DNA of 63,059 nucleotides, counting the filler, from Octopus bimaculoides (lineage: Eukaryota), in assembly GCF_001194135.2 (NCBI RefSeq). It is 4 parts of 3 records of this genome, joined end to end, with 100 filler letters (N's around TTAATTAATTAA, not from the genome) between each part and the next. Parts side by side here need not be neighbours in the genome. Positions count along the whole stretch, not along the records: positions 37,104 to 61,142 come from NC_069003.1; positions 61,243 to 63,059 come from NC_069002.1; 2 more parts are not named here. One strand, 5' to 3'. This document shows positions 61,024 to 63,059 of this stretch, in pieces (positions within the stretch are counted from its first letter, which is position 1; every line of letters starts with the position of its first letter). Below the pieces are notes generated by a model, which saw only the letters and a program-made list of their open reading frames with translations, was not told the DNA's origin and searched no databases. Position numbers and translations under genes: made by a program.

Positions 61024-61469
61024 CCTATATATATAAATATATATATTTATGTGTGTATATATATATATATATATACATTATTTATCATTATATTTAACTG
61101 AACGCCACGTATCCATTTCCAAGTATATATACATATATATATNNNNNNNNNNNNNNNNNNNNNNNNNNNNNNNNNNNNNNNNNNNNTTAATTAATTAANN
61201 NNNNNNNNNNNNNNNNNNNNNNNNNNNNNNNNNNNNNNNNNNTAAGAAGAAGAACACGAAGAAGAACAAGAACAAGAATAAGAAGAAAAAGAAGAGGGGG
61301 AGGGGAGGATGATGGGAGGGGAGGAGGATGAGGGGAGGAGAAGAAGAAGAAGAAGAAGAAGAAGAAGAAGAAGAAGAAGAAGAAGAAGAAGAAGAAGAAC
61401 GGATTTGCAGAAAATGTGTGTATGGGGAGAAGTTATCAGCAAAAAGTAGAACGTGTAGAATTTGGGTTG

Positions 61470-61900
61470 AAACAATGGCACACGTCGTTGCATGACGAAT
61501 GACAATCGACCACGAAGAATAGAAGAAATGAATAAATGGTCAAGTTGTGAAAGTTTACTCCGGAAGCTTTGTCAAAGACGAGTGTTTCGAAGAGGAAGTA
61601 AAGGGTACAATCCTCCCGTAGAAAGAATACTTGAGTCGGCAAGATGCAAGATTTTATGGGATTTTCCCATTCAAACGGATAAGAAAATGAAATAGAACGA
61701 GCGAGATATTACGCTATTAAGCAAACACAATCGTATAGGCGTACTGGTTGATTCATCATATCCATTTGAAATTCGGATTGTGAATTGAAGCAGATGAAAC
61801 GTTGAAAACATACAACCCCAAAAATGCGTGATTGGGGGCATTTGAAAACTGAAATTGTAAAGATTATATCTGTGATTCATGATTTATTAATGAGGTCTGT
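61470..61900 (+). mobile_element. R4/Dong-like C-terminal restriction-like endonuclease fragment, preceded by (GAA)n
   Basis: VERILESARCKILWDFPIQTDKK..NERDI...VLVDSSYPF. Confidence 0.75.
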
Positions 61901-62544
61901 TAGAAACAGGAAAAACCATCAAGCATTTTGAACGCTTGAAGGTTTGTTGAAAGCAGGAAATATCTAAGGTTACACACAGTGACCCACTAACCTGAGCCAA
62001 GTTGATGATGATGACGATAATAATATGGCCTGATGCAGGCAGTGGCTTTCATGACTTTTGATCTTCACTGATCGGAAGCGTTAACATGTACATTGATTTG
62101 TTTTGGCATAAAAGATGGGCTGTAGAAAATATTCTGCTCAACACCACAGATTTGCTTGTCAGTTATTTGCCCTTAAACAGATGAGCATGTCACTTAGTGG
62201 TTGACGATATGTGAATCTCTGATCACGAGCAGAAACGGTGAGGGGGCATCATAGCCATGCGTTGAGAGGATTTCTTTGGGGGTTGAATAATTCACTTCTG
62301 GAAACATGAGTGCTTCGCTCATCATCCTTAAAGAAACCTTACTCAGGGACCTTTTGAACAGAATGGGCTACTCAATCTGCTGAAAATTCTAACTGGACCC
62401 CATCATCAAGGTTATGTGCTGTTTATCTTGATATAAGATCACCATATCGCGTACATATGGTTGTGACGCATGTGCCTCGTCTACCCTTAGCAGACGGGTA
62501 GTCATGATGGGTATACTGGGCTTTATATATTTTACTCCAGTCTC

Positions 62545-63059
62545 ACTTTGAAGACATATACATCTCTCTCACACATGAAAGAGAAGGTTAGGAAGGAATG
62601 TTATAGAAGAGCTCGAGCAGTTCTGAAGTCTCAGCTGAATGCATATAATAAGGTGTTAGCCATAAATTCCTTAGCAGTCCCAGTTGTTCTTTATAGCTTC
62701 AATGTGCTTAACTGGAATACCAGTGAAATAGTCAAAATTGATAGAAAAATCGGCAAGCTACTGACTTGTAATAAGATGCACCATCCAAAGGCAGACGTGG
62801 ATCGTCTTTACCTTCCCAGAGATCAGGGAAGTCGAGGCTTTATCTAGCTTGAGCTTACGCACAAAACCACCACAATCGGACTGGCCAAATACCTTGAAAC
62901 AACCAACGATTGGATGCTGAAACTTGTTGAAAAATATGAAAGACCGAAAAAACTTCACTCTATTCTGAAAGAGAGCAAATAATTCGCTACCGAACTCTTA
63001 GATACCCACCAGCTTGATCAGGTTGAAGGAAATGCGCCAACTGCTGCTGCAAAGAAAAT
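62545..63059 (+). mobile_element. R4/Dong-like RT thumb region, runs off the window
   Basis: KECYRRARAVLKSQLNAYNKVLAINSLAVPVVLYSFNVLNW...IDRKIGKLL...HHPKADVDRLYLPRDQGSRG. Confidence 0.85.

Overview
AT-rich, microsatellite-rich, gapped eukaryotic scaffold. The SINE, RTE and mariner repertoire points to a coleoid cephalopod, most likely an Octopus draft assembly (inference, not a database result). Only one host coding exon is recognisable: the last exon of RNF7/RBX2/SAG (+, 12020-12138), which the ORF track misses. The rest is mostly decayed transposable elements: mariner/Tc1, Helitron, hAT and piggyBac-type MITEs, RTE and R4/Dong-like LINEs, Penelope-like elements (PLEs), and several tRNA-derived SINE families. 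No CRISPR array, rRNA or functional tRNA was found. The main unexplained signal is about 13-15 type I hammerhead-ribozyme (HHR)-like motifs from many unrelated repeat families, most with a different self-complementary stem III. Highlights: (i) a PLE family with a tRNA-like Pol III module between its ORF stop and its HHR, present twice; (ii) a 420-bp near-perfect palindrome made of two back-to-back HHRs upstream of the RNF7 exon; (iii) a family with a non-canonical CUGUUGA core in two diverged copies; (iv) an HHR with a compensatory U3-A8 core and an A15.1-C16.1 mismatch that A-to-I editing could in principle rescue. All folds, alignments and counts were done by eye and need computational and biochemical confirmation.
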